DNA of 64,000 nucleotides from Camelus dromedarius (GCF_036321535.1 NC_087437.1:113770001-113834000), one strand, 5' to 3'; numbered from the stretch's first letter, positions 13,293 through 24,736 are shown. Made by a program: numbers and translations. Notes: generated by a model not told the origin, from the sequence alone.

Positions 13293-14169
13293 CTAGTCCC
13301 TGGATGTTCTCCTGGGCCTCGCACAGGGAAAGTCTGCAGCAGGTAAGGACTGGTGTGAAAGGCTTCCTTGAGCTACACTGGATGGCTCTGTGGGATCATT
13401 TGAGAAAACATGGGCTACAGAGATCAATTAGGCCTCTTTGTATCCAGTACTTTTTTTTTTTTTAAGATTCTTCAAGAGTTCTTACGGGATTCTACAAGCC
13501 TCAGATTGTTAATGTCTGCTCTTGGACTTCATGAAATATTCCTGCCCCCTCCAAAAACATTCTCCACCACTGCAGAAAGCTGTTGAATTTTATTAGGTTC
13601 ATTCCAAACTTGGTGACCTTTAAGCCAACCCCCAAAGTTGAGAGAAGATAAAGAAGAAAACTAGAAAACGTCACTTGTAGACACAGTCAATGCATTCATT
13701 TCTTGTTTTTGAAGTAATCCACTCTTGAGCTAAGAGTTTAGAAATTCTATTCAGACATTAGAAATTCTATTTAGACATTCTTTCAACAGTAAGTGTATGA
13801 ATGATTTCCATGGAACCCACTCTGTAGTCCATACTTAGTGGGATACTGTGATAGTTGCTGCAGGCAAAGTCAAGAAAAATTTGATTTTTGTATAACAAAC
13901 TTCTGATTAAATACTCAGTGGATTCTATTTATCAACCATGACCTTCAGCTGACCTGTTGTTCCAAACTAGTCAGGAAGCAAGAAGGACTGGTCTTAGGAG
14001 AAACAAGCTCTATTCTATGTAACTCTGAACTAGACTGAAAGAAATCTGCCACTAATTCACTTAGCATTTTTAGACAGTTTTCTGTCTTACCTGTAAAAAA
14101 AAAAAAAAAAAAAAAAAAGACAATAGAAAATGGCACCTTTTAAGGATATGATAGAAAGGACATTGGATT

Positions 14170-14460
14170 AAGTAAAAATGTTCTTACTGGGTAGAATCCT
14201 CAAGGACATTGTGCTTAGTGAAAAACGTACATGCTGTTTGATTCCACTTATACAATATTTTTGAAAGGACAGAATTACAAAGATGGAGGATAGATTGGGG
14301 GTTGCCAGGGAACAAGGATGGTGGGTACCACGACAAAAGGACAGCATGAGGGAGTTCCCTTGTGGTGACAGAACAGTTCCATATCGTGGTTCCATACACT
14401 AGATAACATTGTATAGAGTTACACACACATGAATGCTTGTTACAAAATGATGAAAAATAA
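14170..14460 (+). mobile_element. Old L1 (L1MC/MD-grade) 3' UTR fragment
   Basis: tgcttagtgaaaaa...tgattccacttata...gggggttgccaggga...gtggtgacagaacagttc. Confidence 0.65.
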
Positions 14461-15009
14461 AACCTGTTTTAAAATGTTATTACATACCTGTCCCAAAGTG
14501 CCTTCTTGACCAATCCCATGTTCTTCGTGTGTACTACTGCAATAAAAATAAAAGAAGAAATAATCCAAAAAAAAAAAAAAAAGTGGTGAAAGAATGACAG
14601 TTGTTACATGGAGTGGGATGAGTCACAACAAAACCATCAAACAGAGTTCTTCTCTCGTAACTTCACTTTGCATAAACGTGAATACAATGGCTCCTTGTTC
14701 AACACCACTTTGAACTTACAAGGCAAAGTTCTGAGACACAGCCTTTTGAAATCTAAGCCTTTTGTAAATTGAGATGCCATGGGACATTTGTTCTATGGGC
14801 TGCTTCACAAAAACAAAGCCATCTGTAGTAAAATAAGTTTGGAAGTATTGAAATTAAAAAGTTTTCCCCTGGATCTCTTTTCATAACAATAATTTAGAAA
14901 GCCGTACTTTTGAATAACTTGACTCCAAACTTCTACTTCTTGAAATAATAGACTAGGTGATGCAGATGATTTGAACCAAGTCTCTGCTGAAGGGAAGGAG
15001 GAAGATCAC

Positions 15010-16860
15010 ACACACACCTCCCATCTAATTGAAGTAACTGAAGTCTTTGGAGAGTTGTCAGCGCAGTGAAGATTTACAAGGCCAGGATCCAGGAGAAGAT
15101 AGAAATACACAGAGATGGTCCCAGCATTTGGGATCATTTTGATTCTAAAGGTGAATGGGATTCTGGAAAAGGGAGCTAAGAACTTGAAAATATATGCAGA
15201 GCTTTTTCCAACTTCACACAGTGAGTCGGAGAAAAAAAAATCAGAGCTCAGGGCCCCCCAGCAGGAAGGGCTTGGAAAACCTCTCATGCTTTGGGTTGAG
15301 ACAACCAAGTCCTACGTCCTTGGAGCCAGCGTGAGTGGAAGCAGCACAGCCCTGGGGGAGCAAAGCCTGCCTTAGGATCATCTCAGTCCTTGACATTGAC
15401 CCTACAATGCTGGTGCTCCTGGCCGCAAACAAAAGTAAATCATCTCTTTAGGAAATTACAGTCTTAAATAAATTTTATAATTTTTTACATACAGCAGGTA
15501 GCTCATCAAAAATATCGAGACCTAGGAGAGAATAAGAAAAAACAATAGAGGCAGACCCTGAAGGACTCCAGATTAGAGTTACCAACAACAGAATTTAAAA
15601 TACAGTGTAAATCATCAAAGAGATGCAAGAAAAGATGAAGAATTTTGAAAAACAATTGGGAACTGTCAGGATAACTGAAGGGAAATTTTAGAATTGAAAA
15701 GTGCAATAACTGAAATTAAAAACAGTGGAAAGAGTGAAGCATATTAAAGAATAAGAGAGAATCAGTGGATTGAAAGATAGATTCAAAGAAAATACCCAGA
15801 AAAATCATATAAAGAAAAAAGAATGAAAACCACAGAAGAAAGGGTAAGAGACAAAGGGAACACCGTGAGATTTGTCATACAGGTAATGAAGTCCCTTCCA
15901 GAAGAATAAAAGAAAGAAAATGGGATGGACACAAAGGTAGTGGTCGACAAATTTCCAAACTGGTAGAGATTCAAGAAGCATTATCAATCCAGAGAAAATC
16001 ACACCTGAGGAAATGGCTGAAAATCAATGACAATGAGAAGAAATCTTATAAGTGACCAGAAGAAGAAAGACACTTCAAAGTGTCTTGACTTCAAAGGAGC
16101 AGTAGTGGACTGACGGCTGTCACCCCCAAAAATAAAATAAATCAAAATAATGAAATAAAATAATGAAATTTAAAATAAAATATAATTATTAAACACATAA
16201 AATGTAAAATAAAATAAACAATAAAATAACACAAATTGTAAAATATAAATAAAAACAATAAAGTAAAATTAATAAAATGATAAAATAAAATTTAAAATGA
16301 AATATAGAATAAAATAAATAATAGGAGCCAGAATGTAATAAAAGAAAATTTTCAAAATGCTTTAAGTTAATTTCCAACCTAGAATTCTATATTGGGTGAA
16401 AGATATTCTTCAAGAATGAAGGCAAATTAAGGCCATTTTCATAAAAACAAACAACAGAGAGAATTTGTCACTGGTAAGCTTGCACTTACTAGCACAATAT
16501 TAAAGGGCAGGAAACATAAAAATCATTCTTCAGGAGGAAGGAAAGTGATCCCAGATGGGGACTTGGAGCTGCAGGAAGGACTGAAGAATAAGAAAAGGCG
16601 TCTGTGTCTGTAAATTGACATGAATGTTGACCCTACAAATCTAAGATACTAATATTTGAATAGGTATGAAATATGTATGCAATTCGAATAAATGACAATA
16701 GCAAATGAGTTGCAAGGGAGGTGGAAGCAGTTCCTGCGTTGTCCGAATGAGGTGAATTCAACTGGTGAGCCAAGCAGGCGGGCGGAGATCTCTAAGTCAG
16801 CCGTGAAAAAACGGTGACCCCCACGTTCACGGACGGGGAGCAGGACAAAGTGTGAATACG
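15010..16860 (+). mobile_element. Decayed ancient L1 (L1M/L1ME) 5' and ORF1 region
   Basis: A-rich ORF1-like remnants (aataactgaaattaaaaac; caaatttccaaac; ccaacctagaattctata; aatgaaggcaaattaagg; agagaatttgtcac); no intact frame. Confidence 0.65.
16130..16322. repeat. Degenerate (AAAAT)n low-complexity array inside the L1
   Basis: ~190 bp almost entirely A/T, made of aaaat/aaata units. Confidence 0.8.
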
Positions 16861-17039
16861 CCATAAAACCAAAATCATGCAAGAGCAGAGGAAAAAGGAA
16901 TATAGAAACAGGGCAAGTAGAAAGCAAACAATAGGATGGCAAACTCTGCCTCAAGTTTATCAGTGTTTACAGGACCAGTTACTGCACACTGTGCTCTCAG
17001 GGGCCGACAGTAAAACCAGTTTTGAAGTCATCCCAGATG

Positions 17040-17295
17040 ACAAACCACTTAACACATAACAGCTCATTTAATCTTCATGGCATCCCTATGTGGTAAGTAT
17101 TATTATTTATTAAGGAAGTTTTGCAGGCTATTTAATCGTATTTACCAACATCAACTTCTGGGCCCCACTTTTCGTATAAGGAAATTTCGGCACAGAGGGG
17201 TTGGTTAACTGGCCCCGGGTCACCCAGCAGGAAGAGGCGGAGCTGGGGTTTGAAACCATGCATGTAACTCCAAGCCTGTGTTTTTAACCATATTG
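17040..17295 (-). mobile_element. MIR SINE
   Basis: ctcatttaatcttcat...cccacttt...ggcacagag...ggtcacccagc...gctggggtttgaaacca. Confidence 0.7.
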
Positions 17296-17449
17296 TGCTG
17301 TATATCCTGCCCCTCAAGTGCTGGCACTGAGAAAGTTCCAGATTTGTTTGGCAGGAAAGAAAATCAATGGTTTGAGACTTCAAGAATTTCCCCTGGACTA
17401 GGTAAAGAAGCCATCAATATATTCAAGTTTAAGAAACCATATTGAGAGC

Positions 17450-17690
17450 AGCTTGATTGACACTTAAATTAAGAGCCTTAAGAATTATCATTCTTTGATG
17501 CAGGATTTGCACTTCTAGGAAACCATCCCAAAGAAAAAGTGAGTATAGGAAAAAATAGATGGATGGAGATGATCATGGGAGCCTTGTCTGTAACAGAGAA
17601 AAGATGAAATAGTGAGAAGGTATTGTTACTGAGAACACATTTAATTGATAAGTTAATATGTGGCCATTAAAAGAATACTGATAAATAAAA
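17450..17690 (+). mobile_element. Old L1 (L1ME-grade) fragment
   Basis: ctttgatgcaggatttgcacttctaggaaaccatccc resembles an L1 ORF2-end motif. Confidence 0.45.
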
Positions 17691-17870
17691 GCATATATGC
17701 GTATATATTTATTTTTATTATATTTTATTTTTTAATTTATTTTTTATTTCGTATAGACATAATGTTTATTTTTATTATAGACATACATTTATTTTTATCA
17801 TATACATATAAATTGTATATATATACACACACAATTTATATGTATAAAATAAAAAGCTATTATATTAAGA
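17690..17870. repeat. AT-rich low-complexity/simple repeat
   Basis: Runs of ttttta and tata units. Confidence 0.7.
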
Positions 17871-18870
17871 AATGGGGAAAGGAAACAAGATAGCATATGC
17901 TAAAATCATCACAAGCATATACAATCCCCCTTTCCCATTCTCCTTGACAAAAATCCCCACAGGGAAGGAAAAAAGCTAATACAGTCTTGAAGCGAATATG
18001 ATAAAATATTAGTTGTATGTATATTTGAGTTGTAGGATTTGATAAATATTTGTTCCTCTTTTTGTATTTTCTATTTCTCCTTGGGGCAGACAGTAGGATT
18101 CATATGTAAGTTCATTAACACAAAATATAGTTGCTTGAAATGGCGAAACCTCTTATCTGATGAGGAGGGTGCTTGGCTCTCCTGAGTGCATTTAGTAAAG
18201 GACCCATTAACCAATGAGGGCTGAGTTCCTGAGGAGACATAGCCTTGCTCTCCTCCGTGTGAAAACCAACAGTGAATGCCAAGTCATTTGGACAGAGTCA
18301 TCTCGCTCCCTTTGCCTTTGGTGCAGAAGGAACCGAATGTAAGGCTACCTGGCTTCTGGCTGGTGATGCCCAAGAGAGCCAGCTGCTCTAAGGGAAGTTA
18401 GCCTCTGAACAAGCCTCACAGATGGCGTGAGAAGAGAGGAGGGACACACTGGAGACGAACAAATAAAACCACCCATGTGAGTCCACTGCGCTCTTTGCAA
18501 CTTTGACATCTGTAAGTTCATCAATCCCTGCCCCTGTGATCATTAATTCAGGAAATAATATTGAGTGTCTGCAACACGGAAGCACTAGGCTAGGGGCCCG
18601 GGGGCCAAAATAGTTTGCAGAAGAAATCTAGTTTTTGTCTCCACGACCAATCATCATGGAAAAGGACGCTTCACTCTCTCTCTCTCTCTCTTTTATAACC
18701 AAAGTCAGTCCTGCAGTTTCCTTGTCTATTGTGCACATAATATTGTTCAGATGTTTGGTTATCCTGAGAATCAAAGAGCCCGCTGGCTCTTTACTCTGTC
18801 CCTTTAAAGGTGGTTCCTCAAAGGGAAGTCATCCAGGAAGGCGCGGAGGAGCGGTAGTCTGTCTTTATCT

Positions 18871-19240
18871 CAGATGTCCTATTCTTGGGCTGCATGGACC
18901 CCGAGGGACCCACAGGGAGGATTCTTACGAGCTTGTTTAGGACAAAAACACATCTTTATTTTTCCTAACCTCTAACTCAAATGTAGAATTTTCTTCCATC
19001 ACAAAAATAGAGAACAGGTATTAGAAGAACATTCGATGTCCTCACCAGTAGAAACCACAGATATTTTTAAACCATGTTTCAATTGTTACAAATGCATCAC
19101 AGTATTGCGTCTGCTCATCACCACCCTGAATTACATCATTCAGACTGGTGTTAGGCCTTGTTATTTCATGAGTTAATAAAGAAGCATGACTGTTCCTATT
19201 TACAACTTTTTAAAAAACGATTTTGATAACTATTTTGAAA
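18871..19240 (-). mobile_element. Charlie4a-like hAT DNA transposon remnant (copy 1)
   Basis: acatctttattttt.ctaacctctaact.aaat...cacagatatttt...gctcatcac...gttaataaagaagca...ttttgataact matches reversed Charlie4a as recalled. Confidence 0.7.
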
Positions 19241-19465
19241 TTAATTAGGATTCTACAGAGAAGCAGAATCAATAGTAAGTATATATATGTATATATAATA
19301 TATTTATTTTTATATGTGATGTATAAAAATATACAATTTGTGTATATTTATATAATGTTATATATAAATATTATATATTATATAAAGAGATTTATTATAG
19401 AAATGTTTATGGTAAGGAATTGGCTGATGCAATTATGGAGGCTGACAAGTCCTGAGACCTCCAGG
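19241..19465 (-). mobile_element. MLT2 (ERV-L) LTR, 3' part, with internal (TA)n expansion
   Basis: ttaggattctacagagaagcagaatcaatag...(TA-rich)...gagatttattat...aaggaattggct..gattatggaggctgacaagtcc. Confidence 0.8.
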
Positions 19466-19725
19466 AGGCCCAGGTGAAGTCCATTTTCCCTTTGGTGGCT
19501 CAGAATCAGTCACCCCAGCCAGCACAGTCACTCCCTTCTTGGCCTGTTCATTCAGAAGCATGAGGAACCCAAAGTAGCCCAGTGACTGTCTTAACTTCCA
19601 GTTCAATGGAATCGTTGTGTCTCCTGGTGGAAGCACTCTGCCCTTTGGAACTGAGACCTCTGGGCCAACAGAGCTTAAGGTCATGGGAACAGGAAGCAAA
19701 AGTTTTGCTAGTGGGTCACTGAGGG
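19466..19725 (-). pseudogene. ERV-L dUTPase relic
   Basis: VPKGRVLPPGDTTIPLNWKLR...GYFGFLMLLNEQAKKGVTVLAGVTD matches the ERV-L dUTPase pattern. Confidence 0.8.
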
Positions 19726-19749
19726 TCATGGTGGGTGGTGCCTCTCCCC

Positions 19750-20800
19750 TTCCACCCTTGATTCCTGGGCCTGTGAATCTGGGCTATGGGAGAAACAGCA
19801 CCGTGTACTGAACGTTGATTCAGGGTATATACGGCCTTCTGGAGAGCCTTGCCCCAGCCCTGCAAAGTATTGGTACCTAGCTGGCACTGTAAATGTGTGT
19901 TAAAATGGCCGTTCCATACCGCTCAGCCATAAAAAAAATTGAAATACTGCCATTTGTAGCAACATGGATGGACCCAGAGATGATCATACTAAGTGAAATA
20001 AGTCAGACAGAGAAAGACAGATACCACACAGTATTACTTACATGTGGAATCTGAAAAGAGGACACAAATGAATTTATTTACAAAATAGAAATAGACTTAC
20101 AGACGTGGAAAATAAACTTATGGTGACCAAAGGGGAAAAGTGGGGGAGGGATAAATTAGGTCTTTGGGATTAGCAGTTACAAACTACTATATATAAAATA
20201 CATAAACAACAAGGTCCTACTGTGTAGCAAAGGGAATTATTCAATAGCTTGTAATAACGCATAATGAAAATAATATAAATGTATGTATAACTGAATCACG
20301 ATGCTGTACCCCAGAAACTAACCTAACATTGTGAATCAACTATACTTCAATTAAAAAAAATTTCTGAGTCAAGTTCAAACAGTAGCTTACCAGTTTGTGG
20401 CTAAAAGTATTAAAAAGAATTTAGAATTTAATGTCAATAAAGGCCATTCCACCTTTCTGTCAAGCCAGTTGCTTCAGGATGGTGGGGACTATCATTAAAA
20501 TTCCAGTAAATTCCATGAGCATGGGCCCATGACTGCAGTTCATTAGCTGTGAATTGAGAGCCTTTGTCAAAAGCCATGCTGTGTGGAATCCCATGACAGC
20601 AGACAAGGCATTCTATATGTCCATGGATTGTGGTTTTGGCTGAAGCACTGCGTATAGTGTAGGCAAGTCCATATTCAGAGTGTCTATCCAGGAAGAACAA
20701 AGTGGTAACCCTCTGTGAAGTAGGATCAGATGTAATCAACCTGCCACCAGCTAGCTGGTGGTCATCCCTGGTAATGGGGCCACGCTGGGGGCTCTGTGTT
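19750..20800 (-). pseudogene. pol: ERV-L integrase relic split by an L1 insertion
   Basis: ORF 20434-20739: HGIPHSMAFDKGSQFTA...WAHAHGIYW...HHPEATGLTERWNG (D,D35E-type core); continuation resumes below 19916. Confidence 0.85.
19917..20360 (+). mobile_element. 5'-truncated cetartiodactyl-type L1 3' end inserted in the ERV-L integrase
   Basis: ctcagccataaaaaaa..gaaatactgccatttgtagcaacatggatggacc...aaacaacaaggtcctactgt...caactatacttcaattaaaaaaaa. Confidence 0.9.
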
Positions 20801-22099
20801 GGCCTCTGCTGCCGGCAGACGGAGCACTCAGAGTGGCCGTGGCCATGTTGGCCTTGGTGAGTGGAAATCCATGTTACTGAGCCTGTGAATAACCTCCAGC
20901 CTTGTCCCCATGGCCAATTTGTTCGTGAGCCCTTTGGGTGATGATGGGAGTGACTGGGAGAGGAGCTGACTGGTACCCACAGAACAGGTCAGCCTGTCTA
21001 CATGATTATTAAAATGCCTCTTTGCTGAGATATCCTTTTGGTGAGCATTCACACTGGGTGCAAATATCTTCACTTTTTTTTTTTTTAACCCATCCTGAGG
21101 GGTCTATCCGTATACCTTTTCCCCAAATTTCCTTGTCACCAATTTTCCAATCATGCTCCTTCCAAGTCCCTGACTCACCTGCCTAACAATTGACCACGGC
21201 CCATAAAGCAGTGTATAATCACACAGCTGGCCACTTCCCTCCCAAGCAAAGTGCAGCCCAGTGTGGTGCTCAGAGTTCCACCACTGGAAGGGCCGCCCTT
21301 CTCTCTTGTCCTTCAGGAATGTCCCCTAAGGCTGCAGCGCCACAGCTGTCCACTTGCAAGTGATGTCTGCATGTCAAGTGGACCCATATGTAAACCAGGC
21401 CCAAGACTTTCCCCCTCCTGTCAACTAATGGCAGGGAATCCGTCCTGAGTCCTAGGTGTGGGCTGGGAGAGAGGAAGCAGGGTAGCAGGAGTGGGGACCA
21501 CGGGCATGTGGATCGCTCTTTGGTGGAACTTATTTATGCCTTCAGAGCCTGCTCAGGCCTGATGGCATAGGTCCCACTTCTATCTGGTGATGGTGTTGCC
21601 CTGCACGCCCAGCTTTATAGCTGGCTGGATCAGAAGACACCTCATTTGTGACCGCAGCTTGGGTCACACGGTAACTTGGTGGTCCACGGTTAAGCATTCA
21701 GTGTCTGCTAAGAGCCAGTAGCGGGTCAAGAGCTGTTTCTCAGAAGGAGAGCAGTCTTCTGCCCAAGATGGTAGGACTTTGCTCCAAAAGCCTAAGGGCC
21801 TGCACTGTGACTCACTCACGCGGGCCTGCTAGCGGCCCACACGGCACCCCGATCGCCCGTGGACCCGTCCGGCCCCATCGCACATGCTGGCTCACAGGGT
21901 CCCAGTGGCACAACAACGTACAGGGCAGCCTGGACCTGCTGCAGCGCCTTCCGCTCTGGGCCCCACTCAAAACCAACAGACTTTCAAGTCGTTCAGTAAA
22001 TAGGCTGGAGCAGGGCACCCCAGTCCTCAAGAGGTTGCCTTCAAAATCCAAAGAGGCCCCACTAGACATTGTGCCTCCTTTTTGGTTGTAGGCGGGGCC

Positions 22100-22762
22100 G
22101 ATGCAACTTACCCTTCACCTCAGAAGGAGTATGTCAATGTGACCCGCATCACTAGACACCGAGAAATTTCACTGAGGTCGGAGGCCCCTGAATTTGGGTT
22201 GGGTTTACTTCCCACCCACTGATGAGCAAATGTCTTACCAGTAAGTCTAGAGTAGTCACGACTTCTTGTTCATTAGGTCCAATCAGCATAATATCATTGA
22301 TGTAATGACCAGTATAATAAATACCTTATGGAAGAGAAATGCAATCCAGGTCCCTGCAGGCTGAACTGTGACACAGGGCGGGCAAGTTGAAGCTCCCCTG
22401 AGGTAGGACGGTGCAATTGCATTGCTGGCGTTGCCAGCTGAAGGCAAACTCTTTCTGGTGGTCTTGGCTAATACGTGCTTCAAGAAAAAAGCGTTTATGA
22501 GGCTGACAGCTGCATACCAGGTACCAGGTTGTGTGTTAGTTTGCTCAAGCAATGAAACCACACCTGGCATTGCCGCTGCATTGGCATCGCCACCTGGTTA
22601 AGCTGACAGTAATCCATTGTCACCCTCCAAGATCCATCTGCCTTTGGCACAGGCCAAATGAGCAAGTGGAATGGGACTGTTACGGGACTCACCATTCCTG
22701 TGTCTTTCAAGTCCTTGATGGTGACATTAATCTCTGCCATCCCTCCAGGAATCCGTTATTGG
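22100..22762 (-). pseudogene. pol: ERV-L reverse transcriptase relic
   Basis: IKDLKDTGMV..PF...IWPVPKADGSWRVTMDY..LNQV; WYAA..L.NAFF; catalytic YIDD reads [10 protein letters not shown] at 22293-22304; frameshifted. Confidence 0.9.
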
Positions 22763-22870
22763 TTATTCAGAGATAAAAGAGCCCATTGGCTATTAAGGTC
22801 CCTCTAGCGGTTGCTTCTCAAGGGTTGTTTCTCCAAGAAGGAGTAGATGGAAAGTAGTCTCTCTGTATCT

Positions 22871-23227
22871 CAGGAATTCTCCCATGGTTAGCATTTTTGT
22901 GAGCTGGCTTAAGACAAAATGCATCTTTATTTTTACTAATCTCTAACTCAAATGTAGTATTTTCTTGAATCATGAAAATAGACAACCTACGGAAGTAATA
23001 TCAGGAGTACGTATGACTGTCTCACCAATAGGAATCACAGATATTTTCAAACCGTGTTACAGTTGTTGCAAATATATCAAAGTATTGTGAATGCTCATCA
23101 CTCCCTTGAAATGAAAGTCATTCATCTCAGCAATAGATCTTCCTCTTTAATGAGTTAATAAAGAAGCATATTGGTTACTATTTACAATTATTTTAAAAAA
23201 CTCTTTTGAAAACTGTTTTTCAGTATA
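22871..23227 (-). mobile_element. Charlie4a-like hAT DNA transposon remnant (copy 2)
   Basis: gcatctttatttttactaatctctaactcaaatgtag...cacagatattttc...gctcatcac...gttaataaagaagca. Confidence 0.7.
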
Positions 23228-23619
23228 ACAGCATTTGCTAGAGTGAAGCCTTGGTACAATACAGGGTGTCTGGTGTCCCTGGTCACCATTGTAGCTTCTG
23301 TATTTTGGTCTGTTTGGTTAGAAAATCTATAATAGCCTTCCACAACATGGCTAATACTATTTTTATTTTTGTTTTTCCTCTTACTCAGCTAGTTCCCAAC
23401 TTATTTTGGAATGAAGCGTAAGATTTCTATGAAAATGTATACTTTCTTACTTCTACTCCCCCAGTTGATCCATTAAATCTAGTTCTATTGAAAAAATTAT
23501 ACCCTCTGTCATTGCATTCCAATTGTGAGCCTTACTACAACCTCAGAGTTTTAGGAACGGCAGAACGAGGAAGAGCTTTCCATCAGAGGTAATGATAGAA
23601 GATATTCACTCATTGTTCC

Positions 23620-24720
23620 TTCATTTGACTAGTGTTTTTGAGAGCCCATATTGGGTATTAGGAGTAATACCAGGTTATGTAGTGCTCCAAGGATGGGAAC
23701 AACATGGTTACAATGGTAAAGGAGATTAATCGAGCAGGAGAGTTGGGCATGCAAAAGGCTTTGGGGATGCAGATCATGGAGCAGAGGATTCTGTCTGGCA
23801 TAGGAGAAGATGACTTTGGGAGTGAAGGAACATTTAAACTCAGTCTGGAAGAATGAGTATGGTTTGCAAAGTAGAGAAGGAACAAAGGAGAAGGCCTGGC
23901 TACAGAGGAATGGGGTTGATGGTGGAGCCATTACAATCAGAAGAAACAAAAAAGGCAAAGAAATGTGTGTTTCAGGGACCATAATTGGTGTCTGGAACAA
24001 AAATTATCTGGGTGGGAAGACGGGAGAAGGTGCTGCTGGGAAGGTAGCTGGCTTTGGAGATTGGACTTAGGATTTCTCAACCAGTTATTGAAAGCTGGTA
24101 ATAACTTTTAAGCAAGGAAATAGCATGATCAGAGCACACATTAAAAAAAAGTCATTAAAAAAAAAAAAGAAAGCTGATTTAGGAGATGACGCACTGAAGG
24201 CAGACAGCGATGTCAAAAAGGTCCCATGAGCCATCTGAAATTGAAGAAAAAGAGAAAAGAAAAGAGTCAGAGGTGCCTTTCAAAGATCTTGCTTAGGTGA
24301 GAGGCTTGGTGCTGACATCCTTAACTGGGGAAAGGTCAAGTTAGGGGCAGAAAGTACAGGTCTGGAGCTCATGAGAGCTCTTGAGTCTGGGAAAAGCAAT
24401 GCGTGAGTCATCAGCAGGGAAGTGATAGTTAAAGCCCTGGGAACAAACGAGCCTTCCTAGGAGAGTGTCTAGACTTGAGATGTGAAGAGCTTTGAGGACA
24501 AAACCCCGGGGAGCACTAACGTGTGAGAGTGGAGCCAAGAGAGATGAGTCAGGGAGCCAAAGCCAAGGAGTGGAGTCCAGGGGGCCTTTGGAGAATCAGG
24601 AAGCACCATATGAGGCAAACTCTGGGTGGAGAGAATTTCAGTAGGGATTTCAGAAGTACTACAGAGGCTGAGGTCACACATGACTGTCCCGGAGGTAGAG
24701 TGACATTAGCTACAGGAAGA
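23620..24720 (-). mobile_element. L2 LINE fragment(s)
   Basis: G/A-rich reversed L2 motifs (aagcaaggaaatagcatgatcaga; gagtcagaggtgcc; atagttaaagccctggga; agagaatttcagtagg). Confidence 0.65.
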
Positions 24721-24736
24721 TGACATCTGGGGGGCT

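Larger units (their letters stand above)
19466..22762 (-). mobile_element. ERV-L internal region (pol relic: RT-RNaseH-IN-dUTPase), 5'-truncated and interrupted by an L1
   Basis: Translated remnants of RT, integrase and dUTPase in ERV-L order (dUTPase 3' of integrase), abutting an MLT2 LTR; gag and 5' LTR absent. Confidence 0.9.
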
